From: Nemertoderma westbladi
Lineage: Eukaryota; Animalia; Xenacoelomorpha
Length of the DNA: 35,335 nt
Direction of reading: 5' to 3'
Assembly (NCBI GenBank): GCA_032718475.1
Contig: JAUCBJ010007188.1
Span: forward strand, 1 to 35,335
In this document: positions 1 to 10,603 of the stretch, in pieces
How the letters are laid out: the number at the start of each line of letters is the position of its first letter
Position numbering within the stretch: the stretch's first letter is position 1
Notes under the pieces: generated by a model
Database searches by the model: none
Seen by the model: the letters and a program-made list of their open reading frames with translations, nothing else
Told to the model about the DNA's origin: nothing
Program-made: the position numbers and the translations under genes

Positions 1-814
1 TCCGACCGACGAGACCGAATCCTCGGAATTAACCTCGGATTCGCCCTCCCCAGGTCTCTTCCAACCCACTATCTTAACTTCCCTGGCATCGACTAAGTAT
101 GGCCCTATGTACACTACACCAGGCCCCATACCCCTACGTTCCCATAGCCCAAGCAGTTCGAAGGCAACCCCTCTCGCTCTCTCCCTGGCTAGTTCTCCCT
201 GCCCAGAACGCACTAGGTGATCAAAGTATCTGTTCGACTCACCTAGTCGTCTCCTCAGTCTCACCTCGTCTATCTTCGCCCCGCCTTCGGCCTCTCTCAG
301 TTGCTCCCGGGTCGCGAGGTAGGCCCGTCGAAGTCGATCAGAAACCCCGACGTCCTCGTCGCCGACCTCTCCTCCATCTCTCCGGGTCCAACGTCGTACC
401 GACGGCCCCACCGTCGCCGTTCCGGTGGACCGTTCGTCGTCCTCGGCCTGTGGCTGGCCGGTGACATCGGTATGTCGACCCTCGCTCCGCGTCGACTCGT
501 CTTTCTCTTCTCCTTCCTTCTCGTCTACTACCCTCGACTCGCTCTCCGGTTGTAGACGACCCCCCACATCTCGGTTCGCCGGGTTGCTCGTTGTCGACGT
601 GGCGTCAACCTGCGTCGACGTGGTCGGCGTAGCATCGATCGGCGTCGTGGGTTCGTATCGTCTCGCCGTGGCCTCGCGGATCGTTAGATCGTCGTCCGGG
701 GTCCGCGGCGGTGTCGTTCCTCTCTCTCGACTCATCGTCGTCTTTGGTGGCTGGCAGCCACGTTGATAACAATCTATCACTGTCAGGGCAGCTGGGCGGA
801 TCTGATTCTGTCAC
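1..814 (-). pseudogene. 5' part of degraded gag-like ORF of LTR element (copy 1)
   Basis: Duplicate of 4375..5189; R/E/D/G-rich reading frames on the minus strand directly downstream of the LTR. Confidence 0.5.
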
Positions 815-1331
815 TGTGACGGGATCTACGGATCCCGGTTTATCCGTTGGGTTTTCTATCCACGCGTCCCCGCCGTGTGTGAAAGGTAAAAGAGTTCTGA
901 TGTTGGGTAATATGTATAAAGGTATAATAGTCTGATAGTTGATATAGTATAGTATGACACAACAGGTAATATATAATGGCGGTAGCGGACGGTGACAGAA
1001 GTCCCCGTTCTACCCTACTGATCTGACTGAGTAAACTGAATGAATGATTACAGGTTACTGGTTATATTGCACGGTGGCCTTATTGCTACTCAATCGATGC
1101 CTTGCCCCCCTCTGATTGGTTGTTACCCTTGTTGGCGCCCCGTGGAGTGCTCCCGTTCACTCCACCTGTTCTCTCTGGGTTAGGGGTTTGGCCCCTGACC
1201 CTCTATTGTGTGCTTCCTTCCCACTCTTATTGGGATGGCACGAGTTGGTTAATTGCCCAATCTCGTGGCTCCCAATATTCCTTATCGGCTTATAACTTTA
1301 TGGGGTGTTAGCGGGATTGAATAAGCTAACA
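815..1331 (-). mobile_element. 5' LTR (517 bp) of an LTR retrotransposon, copy 1
   Basis: Minus strand reads TGTTAGCTTATTCAATCCCGCTAACA...GATCCCGTCACA (TG...CA). Both termini and an internal block resemble the TSD-flanked solo LTR at 7907-8317. Minus-strand CCAAT (~1114-1118), TATAA (~1062-1066) and Inr-like TCAGTT (~1034-1039). Confidence 0.75.
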
Positions 1332-2603
1332 TAAGCAGAAATCAGGAAAGAAGAATCATATGCAGAAATCAGGAAAGAAGAATCATAAGCAGAAATCAGG
1401 AAAGAAGAATCATAAGCAGAAATCAGGAAAGAAGAAGCATAAGCAAAAATCAGGAAAGAAGAATCATAAGCAGAAATCAGGAAAGAAGAAGCATAAGCAA
1501 AAATCAGGAAAGAAGAATCATAAGCAGAAATCAAGAAAGAAGAATCATAAGCAGAAATCAGGAAAGAAGAAGCATAAGCAGAAATCAGGAAAGAAGAATC
1601 ATAAGCAGAAATCAGGAAAGAAGAATCATAAGCAGAAATCAGGAAAGAAGAATCATAAGCAGAAATCAGGAAAGAAGAATCATAAGCAGATATCAGGAAA
1701 GTAGAATCATAAGCAGAAATCAGGAAAGAAGAAGCATAAGCAGAAATCAGGAAAGAAGAAGCATAAGCAGAAATCAGGAAAGAAGAATCATAAGCAGAAA
1801 TCAGGAAAGAAGAAGCATAAGCAGAAATCAGGAAAGAAGAATCATAAGCAGAAATCAGGAAAGAAGAAGCATAAGCAAAAATCAGGAAAGAAGAATCATA
1901 AGCAGAAATCAGGAAAGAAGACGCATAAGCAGAAATCAGGAAAGAAGAATCATAAGCAGAAATCAGGAAAGAAGAATCATAAGCAGAAATCAGGAAAGAA
2001 GAAGCATAAGCCGAAATCAGGAAAGAATAATCATAAGCAGAAATCAGGAAAGAAGAAGCATAAGCAGAAATCAGGAAAGAAGAATCATAAGCAGAAATCA
2101 GGAAAGAAGAAGCATAAGCAAAAATCAGGAAAGAAGAATCATAAGCAGAAATCAGGAAAGAAGACGCATAAGCAGAAATCAGGAAAGAAGAATCATAAGC
2201 AGAAATCAGGAAAGAAGAATCATAAGCAGAAATCAGGAAAGAAGAAGCATAAGCAGAAATCAGGAAAGAAGAATCATAAGCAGAAATCAGGAAAGAAGAA
2301 TCATAAGCAGAAATCAGGAAAGAAGAAGCATAAGCAGATATCAGGAAAGTAGAATCATAAGCAGAAATCAGGACAGAAGAATCATAAGCAGAAATCAAGA
2401 AAGAAGAATCATAAGCAGAAATCAGGAAAGAAGAAGCATAAGCAGAAATCAGGAAAGAAGAATCATAAGCAGAAATCAGGAAAGAAGAATCATAAGCAGA
2501 AATCAGGAAAGAAGAATCATAAGTAGAAATCAGGAAAGAAGAAGCATAAGCAAAAATCAGGAAAGAAGAATCATAAGCAGAAATCAGGAAAGAAGAAGCA
2601 TAA
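1330..2603. repeat. 27-bp minisatellite CATAAGCAGAAATCAGGAAAGAAGAA(T/G), ~47 units
   Basis: Direct reading of tandem units; 9-codon periodicity in the ORF track. Confidence 0.98.
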
Positions 2604-2784
2604 TTATTGAAATGCAGCAGATGTAATATCGAAATATTGAGATATTGAGATATATTAAGATATATTGAGAGTTGACTAAGAAATATTGAGTGATGAATGC
2701 AACACTACATCAAATTTTCATAAAATACATACAATATCATATAGCATTGAAATGCAGCAGATGGGCTAAGAAGTATTATGGTAA

Positions 2785-5189
2785 TTCTCCGGGGCGATGG
2801 CAATCTCCCGAAGTTCGACCCCACTGGCTCCCTGACTCCATCTCTACTATCGACAGTCCGTCATCCGTCCTCGCACTCCTATCGTTTGTGGCGACACCTT
2901 TTCTACTATCTCATCTTCTTCTCTTTTCAGTGCAGTATTCCCGCTCGTGAGATCTCTCGTCGACCTCCCGGTTAAACTCCACTATTCTTCTTCTCTCTTC
3001 TGATCGGGCTCGACGCTTCGTCTGCCCTCTCGCGACGTCAACCTGCCTCTCTCTACTCGATCGCACGCCGCTGGGGATACTCGCAATCCCCCTATTACTC
3101 TCCGTCGCCGGGTGTTGCGGTTTACCTGATTCGGCCCGCGCATTATCCGCTGACGGCTGTGGGACACTCTCTGCCCCCCCTCCTCTCTACTAATCTCTCG
3201 CGGTGGGGTGCCCGTAGCCCCCCCCCACCCGCCACTTCTAACTTCACTACCTCTTACTACACTCCTACACCCCTCTTGTGGGGCATTCTCTGCCCCCCCT
3301 CTCTCGCCACTAATCTTATGTGGTGGGGCGCCCATAGCCCCCCCCCCCCCCCACCCGCCACATCTAACTTCAATATATCTTACTTCGTCTCTACACCCCT
3401 CTCTAGTCGACGCACTGTCTCTACTGCGGCCGGGTCTATTCACCCCCGCCTCTCTCTCTACTACTGCGTGGCCTACCAGGCCCACCTCGGGTTGGCTCAA
3501 CCGCGCCACTTCCTGCCTACTAACTACGTGGCCTACCAGGCCGCCGTCTGCCGGGCTATACACGTCTGACGCGTTCACATTAATAGCACCATTCCCAATA
3601 TTATTTGTTAAATCAATTAAATTATTAGAATTTGAAACGGGATTATTATTTAAATTATTTAAGTTAGAATTATTATTATTTTCAAAATTTAAATTATTAT
3701 TCGTATTATTTGAATTATTCTGAATATTTGAACTAATGTTATTATTTGAATTTAAATTTAAATTACTGGGTAAAATATTTCCTGTAATAAAGGGATTAGG
3801 GTTATTTACTACGGTACTATTAACATTAATTACTTCTAACGTACTACTACTACCCCCCCCCGCCCGTACGGCTACACCAGTTCTGGTTCTCTCGCCCGGT
3901 GTCTGTAAGTGGGGGCTCGTTCTCTGATATCTCCAACCGCGCCAGTTCTAGTCGGCGCCGTTTAAGTTTGGCCCGATATTGCGCAAGCAGCGCCAGTCGG
4001 ACAAGCAAAAGATCTCGCTCACGCTCTTGCTTTAACTCTCTCTCTCTGCACACTCGGAACTCTCTCGCAAGCATCCCATACCGCCTCGCCGGCTCGCTCT
4101 CTATTCTCCCCATCATTATCCCGATATGCTCCCGATCTCTATGCTCCTCAGCCCTCTCTCTATCCTCCCTTACCAACTCTAATAATGCGGTTTGCTCTCT
4201 CAATTGCCCCTCTAACTGTTTCCGCTCTGCCGCTGCCTTTTCTAATTTATACGCCACGCGTTCACTCTCTCGCACCCTTCTTTCTTTTGCGGAGGATGTA
4301 GCAGACTTATCGGTTGCGACGGACTCCCGTCGCCCCTCCGTCCTACTAACTTTCCCCCGCTTCCCGGAACTTCCTCCGACCGACGAGACCGAATCCTCGG
4401 AATTAACCTCGGATTCGCCCTCCCCAGGTCTCTTCCAACCCACTATCTTAACTTCCCTGGCATCGACTAAGTATGGCCCTATGTACACTACACCAGGCCC
4501 CATACCCCTACGTTCCCATAGCCCAAGCAGTTCGAAGGCAACCCCTCTCGCTCTCTCCCTGGCTAGTTCTCCCTGCCCAGAACGCACTAGGTGATCAAAG
4601 TATCTGTTCGACTCACCTAGTCGTCTCCTCAGTCTCACCTCGTCTATCTTCGCCCCTCCTTCGGCCTCTCTCAGTTGCTCCCGGGTCGCGAGGTAGGCCC
4701 GTCGAAGTCGATCAGAAACCCCGACGTCCTCGTCGCCGACCTCTCCTCCATCTCTCCGGGTCCAACGTCGTACCGACGGCCCCACCGTCGCCGTTCCGGT
4801 GGACCGTTCGTCGTCCTCGGCCTGTGGCTGGCCGGTGACATCGGTATGTCGACCCTCGCTCCGCGTCGACTCGTCTTTCTCTTCTCCTTCCTTCTCGTCT
4901 ACTTCCCTCGACTCGCTCTCCGGTTGTAGACGACCCCCCACATCTCGGTTCGCCGGGTTGCTCGTTGTCGACGTGGCGTCAACCTGCGTCGACGTGGTCG
5001 GCGTAGCATCGATCGGCGTCGTGGGTTCGTATCGTCTCGCCGTGGCCTCGCGGATCGTTAGATCGTCGTCCGGGGTCCGCGGCGGTGTCGTTTCCTCTCT
5101 CTCGACTCATCGTCGTCTTTGGTGGCTGGCAGCCACGTTGATAACAATCTATCACTGTCAGGGCAGCTGGGCGGATCTGATTCTGTCAC
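2785..5189 (-). pseudogene. Degraded gag-like ORF of LTR element (coiled-coil, Asn-rich and R/G-rich segments), 3'-truncated at the duplication junction
   Basis: ORFs 3850..4941 and 2982..3578 are linked by an open Asn-rich frame (3580-3850) and a frameshift near the G-run at ~3853-3861. Lies immediately downstream of the LTR; ~120-bp internal duplication at 3160-3400. No diagnostic domain seen. Confidence 0.5.
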
Positions 5190-5706
5190 TGTGACGGGAT
5201 CTACGGATCCCGGTTTATCCGTTGGGTTTTCTATCCACGCGTCCCCGCCGTGTGTGAAAGGTAAAAGAGTTCTGATGTTGGGTAATATGTATAAAGGTAT
5301 AATAGTCTGATAGTTGATATAGTATAGTATGACACAACAGGTAATATATAATGGCGGTAGCGGACGGTGACAGAAGTCCCCGTTCCACCCTACTGATCTG
5401 ACTGAGTAAACTGAATGAATGATTACAGGTTACTGGTTATATTGCACGGTGGCCTTATTGCTACTCAATCGATGCCTTGCCCCCCTCTGATTGGTTGTTA
5501 CCCTTGTTGGCGCCCCGTGGAGTGCTCCCGTTCACTCCACCTGTTCTCTCTGGGTTAGGGGTTTGGCCCCTGACCCTCTATTGTGTGCTTCCTTCCCACT
5601 CTTATTGGGATGGCACGAGTTGGTTAATTGCCCAATCTCGTGGCTCCCAATATTCCTTATCGGCTTATAACTTTATGGGGTGTTAGCGGGATTGAATAAG
5701 CTAACA
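5190..5706 (-). mobile_element. 5' LTR (517 bp) of an LTR retrotransposon, copy 2
   Basis: Duplicate of 815..1331 (one substitution noticed). Confidence 0.75.
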
Positions 5707-6924
5707 TAAGCAGAAATCAGGAAAGAAGAATCATATGCAGAAATCAGGAAAGAAGAATCATAAGCAGAAATCAGGAAAGAAGAATCATAAGCAGAAATCA
5801 GGAAAGAAGAAGCATAAGCAAAAATCAGGAAAGAAGAATCATAAGCAGAAATCAGGAAAGAAGAAGCATAAGCAAAAATCAGGAAAGAAGAATCATAAGC
5901 AGAAATCAAGAAAGAAGAATCATAAGCAGAAATCAGGAAAGAAGAAGCATAAGCAGAAATCAGGAAAGAAGAATCATAAGCAGAAATCAGGAAAGAAGAA
6001 TCATAAGCAGAAATCAGGAAAGAAGAATCATAAGCAGAAATCAGGAAAGAAGAATCATAAGCAGATATCAGGAAAGTAGAATCATAAGCAGAAATCAGGA
6101 AAGAAGAAGCATAAGCAGAAATCAGGAAAGAAGAAGCATAAGCAGAAATCAGGAAAGAAGAATCATAAGCAGAAATCAGGAAAGAAGAAGCATAAGCAGA
6201 AATCAGGAAAGAAGAATCATAAGCAGAAATCAGGAAAGAAGAAGCATAAGCAAAAATCAGGAAAGAAGAATCATAAGCAGAAATCAGGAAAGAAGACGCA
6301 TAAGCAGAAATCAGGAAAGAAGAATCATAAGCAGAAATCAGGAAAGAAGAATCATAAGCAGAAATCAGGAAAGAAGAAGCATAAGCAGAAATCAGGAAAG
6401 AAGAATCATAAGCAGAAATCAGGAAAGAAGAAGCATAAGCAGAAATCAGGAAAGAAGAATCATAAGCAGAAATCAGGAAAGAAGAAGCATAAGCAAAAAT
6501 CAGGAAAGAAGAATCATAAGCAGAAATCAGGAAAGAAGACGCATAAGCAGAAATCAGGAAAGAAGAATCATAAGCAGAAATCAGGAAAGAAGAATCATAA
6601 GCAGAAATCAGGAAAGAAGAAGCATAAGCAGAAATCAGGAAAGAAGAATCATAAGCAGAAATCAGGAAAGAAGAATCATAAGCAGAAATCAGGAAAGAAG
6701 AAGCATAAGCAGATATCAGGAAAGTAGAATCATAAGCAGAAATCAGGACAGAAGAATCATAAGCAGAAATCAAGAAAGAAGAATCATAAGCAGAAATCAG
6801 GAAAGAAGAAGCATAAGCAGAAATCAGGAAAGAAGAATCATAAGCAGAAATCAGGAAAGAAGAATCATAAGCAGAAATCAGGAAAGAAGAATCATAAGTA
6901 GAAATCAGGAAAGAAGAAGCATAA
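5705..6924. repeat. 27-bp minisatellite, ~45 units
   Basis: Same unit and same order of variant units as 1330..2603, two units shorter. Confidence 0.98.
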
Positions 6925-9017
6925 TTATTGAAATGCAGCAGATGTAATATCGAAATATTGAGATATTGAGATATATTAAGATATATATTGAGAGTTGACT
7001 AAGAAATATTGAGTGATGAATGCAACACTACATCAAATTTTCATAAAATACATACAATATCATATAGCATTGAAATGCAGCAGATGGGCTAAGAAGTATT
7101 ATGGTAAGTATGATGAATCCAACTACATAACATTTTCACAAAATAAATATACAAATAGATTGCATAAACTAACAAAAGAAAAAAATATAAAAAAAGAGAA
7201 TTCCATTAACAATCCGTGAATCATGGCTTCCAAGTAAACAGCACATGGCTGGCTTTCTACAAAATGTTACTTTTGAAAATCCAGTACCACATTTTGTTGA
7301 TGTTAGCCCCAATGGGGAATATGATGCCCTACTGGTTGTTGGGAACACATAAACGATGCAGAACCACTTCCACTGAATGTAGCCCTTAACAAATATGTGC
7401 CCAGTGATTTTCAATTTGCAACCAAACAAAAACTTGTAGGTTTAAAAGATGGCTGGTTAGCAACTAAAATGTTCCTTCATCACTGGGAGGTAGCACCATT
7501 TATTTTAGTTACAACTGAGTTAGGTATATGTTTACTTACTTGTAAGAATCATAAGGGTGGCAATTCCTTAAAGTATTTATATCCCCCTACCAATCCTGCT
7601 ATTGATTGCTTTCCGACTCAATGTTCTGACAGACTGGGTCAAGCTGTTTTTGTACCTAGGACCTTCTATAATGCTAGGCTAGGTAAAGCAACACATACAT
7701 TCCGGATGGTTAAAATTTGAAGGAAGTAGTTTTTTGATGTCCACTGTACGCAAGTGGGATATACATTCTGACAGATTGGCTAAGGTTGAAAATTTAATTA
7801 TGGAAAACAGGCCAGACAGCAGAGCATTGATTCAAAATTTAATAGCTGATGAAACTTTGCCTTTATCAGTTGGAGAATGGTTTTTGAACACTCCATCCAT
7901 GATTGATGTAAGCGGATTCAATTCCCTTACATTACCCACCCGAAAATGGGACCAGTGGCATTTTACCAATATAGTTGGCGATACTAGATTACCAATAATA
8001 ATCTTGCCTCATAACCAACTCGGGGGGCGATACAGGCCCTAAAGCCACAGAGAGAGGTGAGAGGTCAAACCACCTCACAGGGAGAACACAGCTAGTCGAG
8101 GTTAGCGGTAGGGGGTAACACTTACATGGAGTGCCGCAATTTCAATCATATACTGTTATAAATTCTGTGCTATTATCATTGGAACATTAACATCGAGAAA
8201 CACAAACTCTGTTATTTTCCTGACGGCCTTCGGCCAAAGATATAAGTTCAGCAGCCCAGCAGAAAGTGACACGTATAACCTAACCCGGTCGGGATCCTTG
8301 AACTCGATCCCGTCACAATTGATAAAGTGAGTAAGGAATATTGTATGGGTACATCAAGTTCAGTAACACTGAGGGATGCTGTAGATTTGAGACAAAGTAT
8401 TTTTAAAAACCCAGAGGCCAGGGAGTTTTCAGATAATGATGATGATGGTAGTGAACGCCCACCTCCCCCAGCTGCTGGTCGGCGTCGGTGTGGGAAACCA
8501 CTGTGGCCTAACGTTATTGTTTTTTGTCATCCTGGCTTTCATAGTCATGGTGATACACCCAACTATGTTACTATTCATGCTGGGCGTAAAGATGAAAATA
8601 AAAATATATTATATTGATACAGAATTTGGATTGTTATGGCTGGCTACCATTATGATATGTAACATAGGTATTTTGTGGCAACCTGTTTTTGATGAATTGA
8701 ATGTAGATTGGCGTGGGTGGCTGCTTCGGTATGCAGCTCATTTTGTTCCGACATTTAACATTCCAAAACGTGTAAAAAATTATACACCATTTAAAGATGA
8801 GAAGACACCATTTGAATTTAAAACAATTCTTAATGGTAGCATTGATGGTGGACATTGTATCAATGATTCACAAAGGGTTGCGTTACTTTTTGACAAATTG
8901 GGACAGGTTGGTATAAAGGAAATACCTAATCGCAGCCCAGAGGCAACATTTTTAGTACAAAGCAATATATTAAGTGTTGAGGAATACTGGAAATCTCTAT
9001 TTCCAGCAGGAAATTAA
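6925..9017 (+). pseudogene. Decayed long ORF of unknown family (probably transposon-derived), interrupted by a solo LTR
   Basis: Colinear plus-strand ORF pieces 7013..7219, ~7215-7350, ~7325..7720, 7734..7906, 8323..8617, ~8600..9017. Removing the solo LTR and one TSD joins ...TPSMID to KVSKEYCMG... in frame. Confidence 0.7.
7907..8317 (+). mobile_element. Solo LTR, 411 bp
   Basis: TGTAAGCGG...CCCGTCACA termini; 5-bp TSD ATTGA at 7902-7906 and 8318-8322; excision restores the reading frame. Confidence 0.9.
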
Positions 9018-9208
9018 GCTGTTTTTATATTATGGAACAGTCAACGTGGTATATCAACTTCTATAAAATGTTTCTAAAAAATAAAAAATTCTTTAGGAAT
9101 AACAAAACGTGCAAGCGAAATAGCTCTAGGCACAAGTTGGAATGTTAAAGTCTTGTTTAGTCATGGTACAGATATGGTAGAGAGAACTACATACAAGACC
9201 ACATGGAG

Positions 9209-9672
9209 GTTCATGGAGTATATGGGTGGGTATGTGGATGGAGGAGCCTAGACCATTGAATAATAAATGTAGTGCAGGGAGATGTCGCGCCTAGTCTGAC
9301 ACCGAGAGGGCACAGAGAAAGACCATATTTACTCATTGGTGATTTCGAGTGCTTAATAAAGTTAATGTCGAATTTCTTATACAACTTATATATATAACAA
9401 TATAATTTAACTAACATAATATAATAATTTTACAACTTTATCTCAACATGCCGAATTATTCTCTCCCCAAACCAGATAATTCAATACTAAACCGCAGTAG
9501 CCTATAGACAGACACTAACTATAGGCCTAATATAGACACTACTAACCGCACACTGTTCATGTTCATGGAGTGTATGGGAGTGTATGGGTATATGGATGGA
9601 GGAGCCTAGACCATTGAATAATTAATTTAGTGCAGGGAGATGTCGCGCATTAGTCTGACTCGGACACCGAGA
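9209..9672. repeat. Imperfect ~100-bp direct repeat (9209-9307 and 9561-9672)
   Basis: Shared GTTCATGGAG...GGATGGAGGAGCCTAGACCATTGAATAAT...TAGTGCAGGGAGATGTCGCGC...TAGTCTGAC...ACCGAGA. Confidence 0.85.
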
Positions 9673-10603
9673 CAAATACATATAATAAAAACAATTCGGA
9701 ATAAAAAAATAAAACATCTCTAGGTCTACTAATTAAATTGTTAAAATAAATATATCAATTAATGAAATGAACAACAATAACAGTGTACAAATCATCCAAA
9801 TAACTGATTAAAGGACCTGAACTGATTTTACAATAGCGATGAGTTGTGCACGTTCAAAACCGCGTAAAGACTGTAAAAATTTCACACCGGTGTCTTTAAC
9901 AAGTCACTTTAGACGTTAGCTCTTAAGCAAACCCAGCGGAGATCTTGGGAGTTGTTCTGGCGCCCTCCCTGTCTTATAGGTAACAGCCAAGAGAGAGGAG
10001 CCTTCGAGTTGCCTTATGTCTCGTCTTCCGAATTCATATTTCACGTCCACTGATAACTTAACTTATATTTTACATAGTTTGATCCTTAACTCCTTGCATA
10101 CGTAGTAATATACCGCTAAGTTTTTTTACTTAAGCTCTATGATTCTTTGATTCATCAAGCTATTACTTCGATCCTTCATCAATTTTGCAGTCATGGACCC
10201 CACACGATTTTTACGTAATCGGAATTCTATGTTTGCTTCCTATGAGGTTCTATTTCCCAGATAATTTTTTCAATTCGTAGCAAAGTTTGTGCTTCATTGG
10301 CAGCAAGAAAATTAATTAGACCAAGTTTTATTCGCCAGGGGAATAATTAGAGTTAATTTTAAAATATTTTCGGAATATAACCGCTGCTGGGTCCACTTGT
10401 TTCATGTTTTGTCGTAGGACAGTCTCTAATTATAAGGACAGCTTTTCAGTATTTCAGTACATAATAATCTTCTTTATTTCAGCATATTGCAGCCATATGG
10501 TACAGTAAAAGATAAGATATATATTAATATTTAGCACATAGTATTATAGTATAGTAAAATTTAATTAGGACGTAAAATAAAATAAGTTAAATTAGTAATT
10601 GGA

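Larger units (their letters stand above)
1..2784. repeat. Tandem segmental duplication, copy 1 (left-truncated by the window)
   Basis: 1..2784 aligns to 4375..7107 with a few SNPs/1-2 bp indels and a 54-bp difference in minisatellite length; identity stops abruptly after ...AAGTATTATGGTAA. Confidence 0.95.
2785..7107. repeat. Tandem segmental duplication, copy 2 (complete ~4.3-kb unit)
   Basis: Begins at the breakpoint where copy 1 stops matching; contains gag-like fragment, LTR, 27-bp array and ~180 bp of flank. Confidence 0.9.

Noticed and set aside
858-878. tRNA-Ala-like PBS (CGGCGGGGACGCGTGGAT) with the LTR ending near 878
   Set aside because: Poor match, and homology to the TSD-defined solo LTR places the LTR end at 815
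99-935. Plus-strand ORFs over the gag-like region (also 3159-5310)
   Set aside because: Antisense shadows of the GC-rich minus-strand frame
1298-2398. 366-aa ISAYDSSFL ORF and 114-aa KQKSGKKNH ORF (and their copies at 5673-6773, 5735-6079) as genes
   Set aside because: Products of a repeat unit divisible by 3; the Lys-rich frame has internal TAG stops; no independent gene context
815-5706. The two 517-bp LTRs as the paired LTRs of one intact element
   Set aside because: Flanks on both sides are duplicated too, no TSD or PPT; both are the same 5' LTR copied by segmental duplication
1330-6924. 27-bp arrays as CRISPR
   Set aside because: Head-to-tail units with no unique spacers, eukaryotic TE context, no cas genes
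9990-10410. Possible decayed minus-strand coding fragment
   Set aside because: Many stops in the frames examined; no motif I can assign
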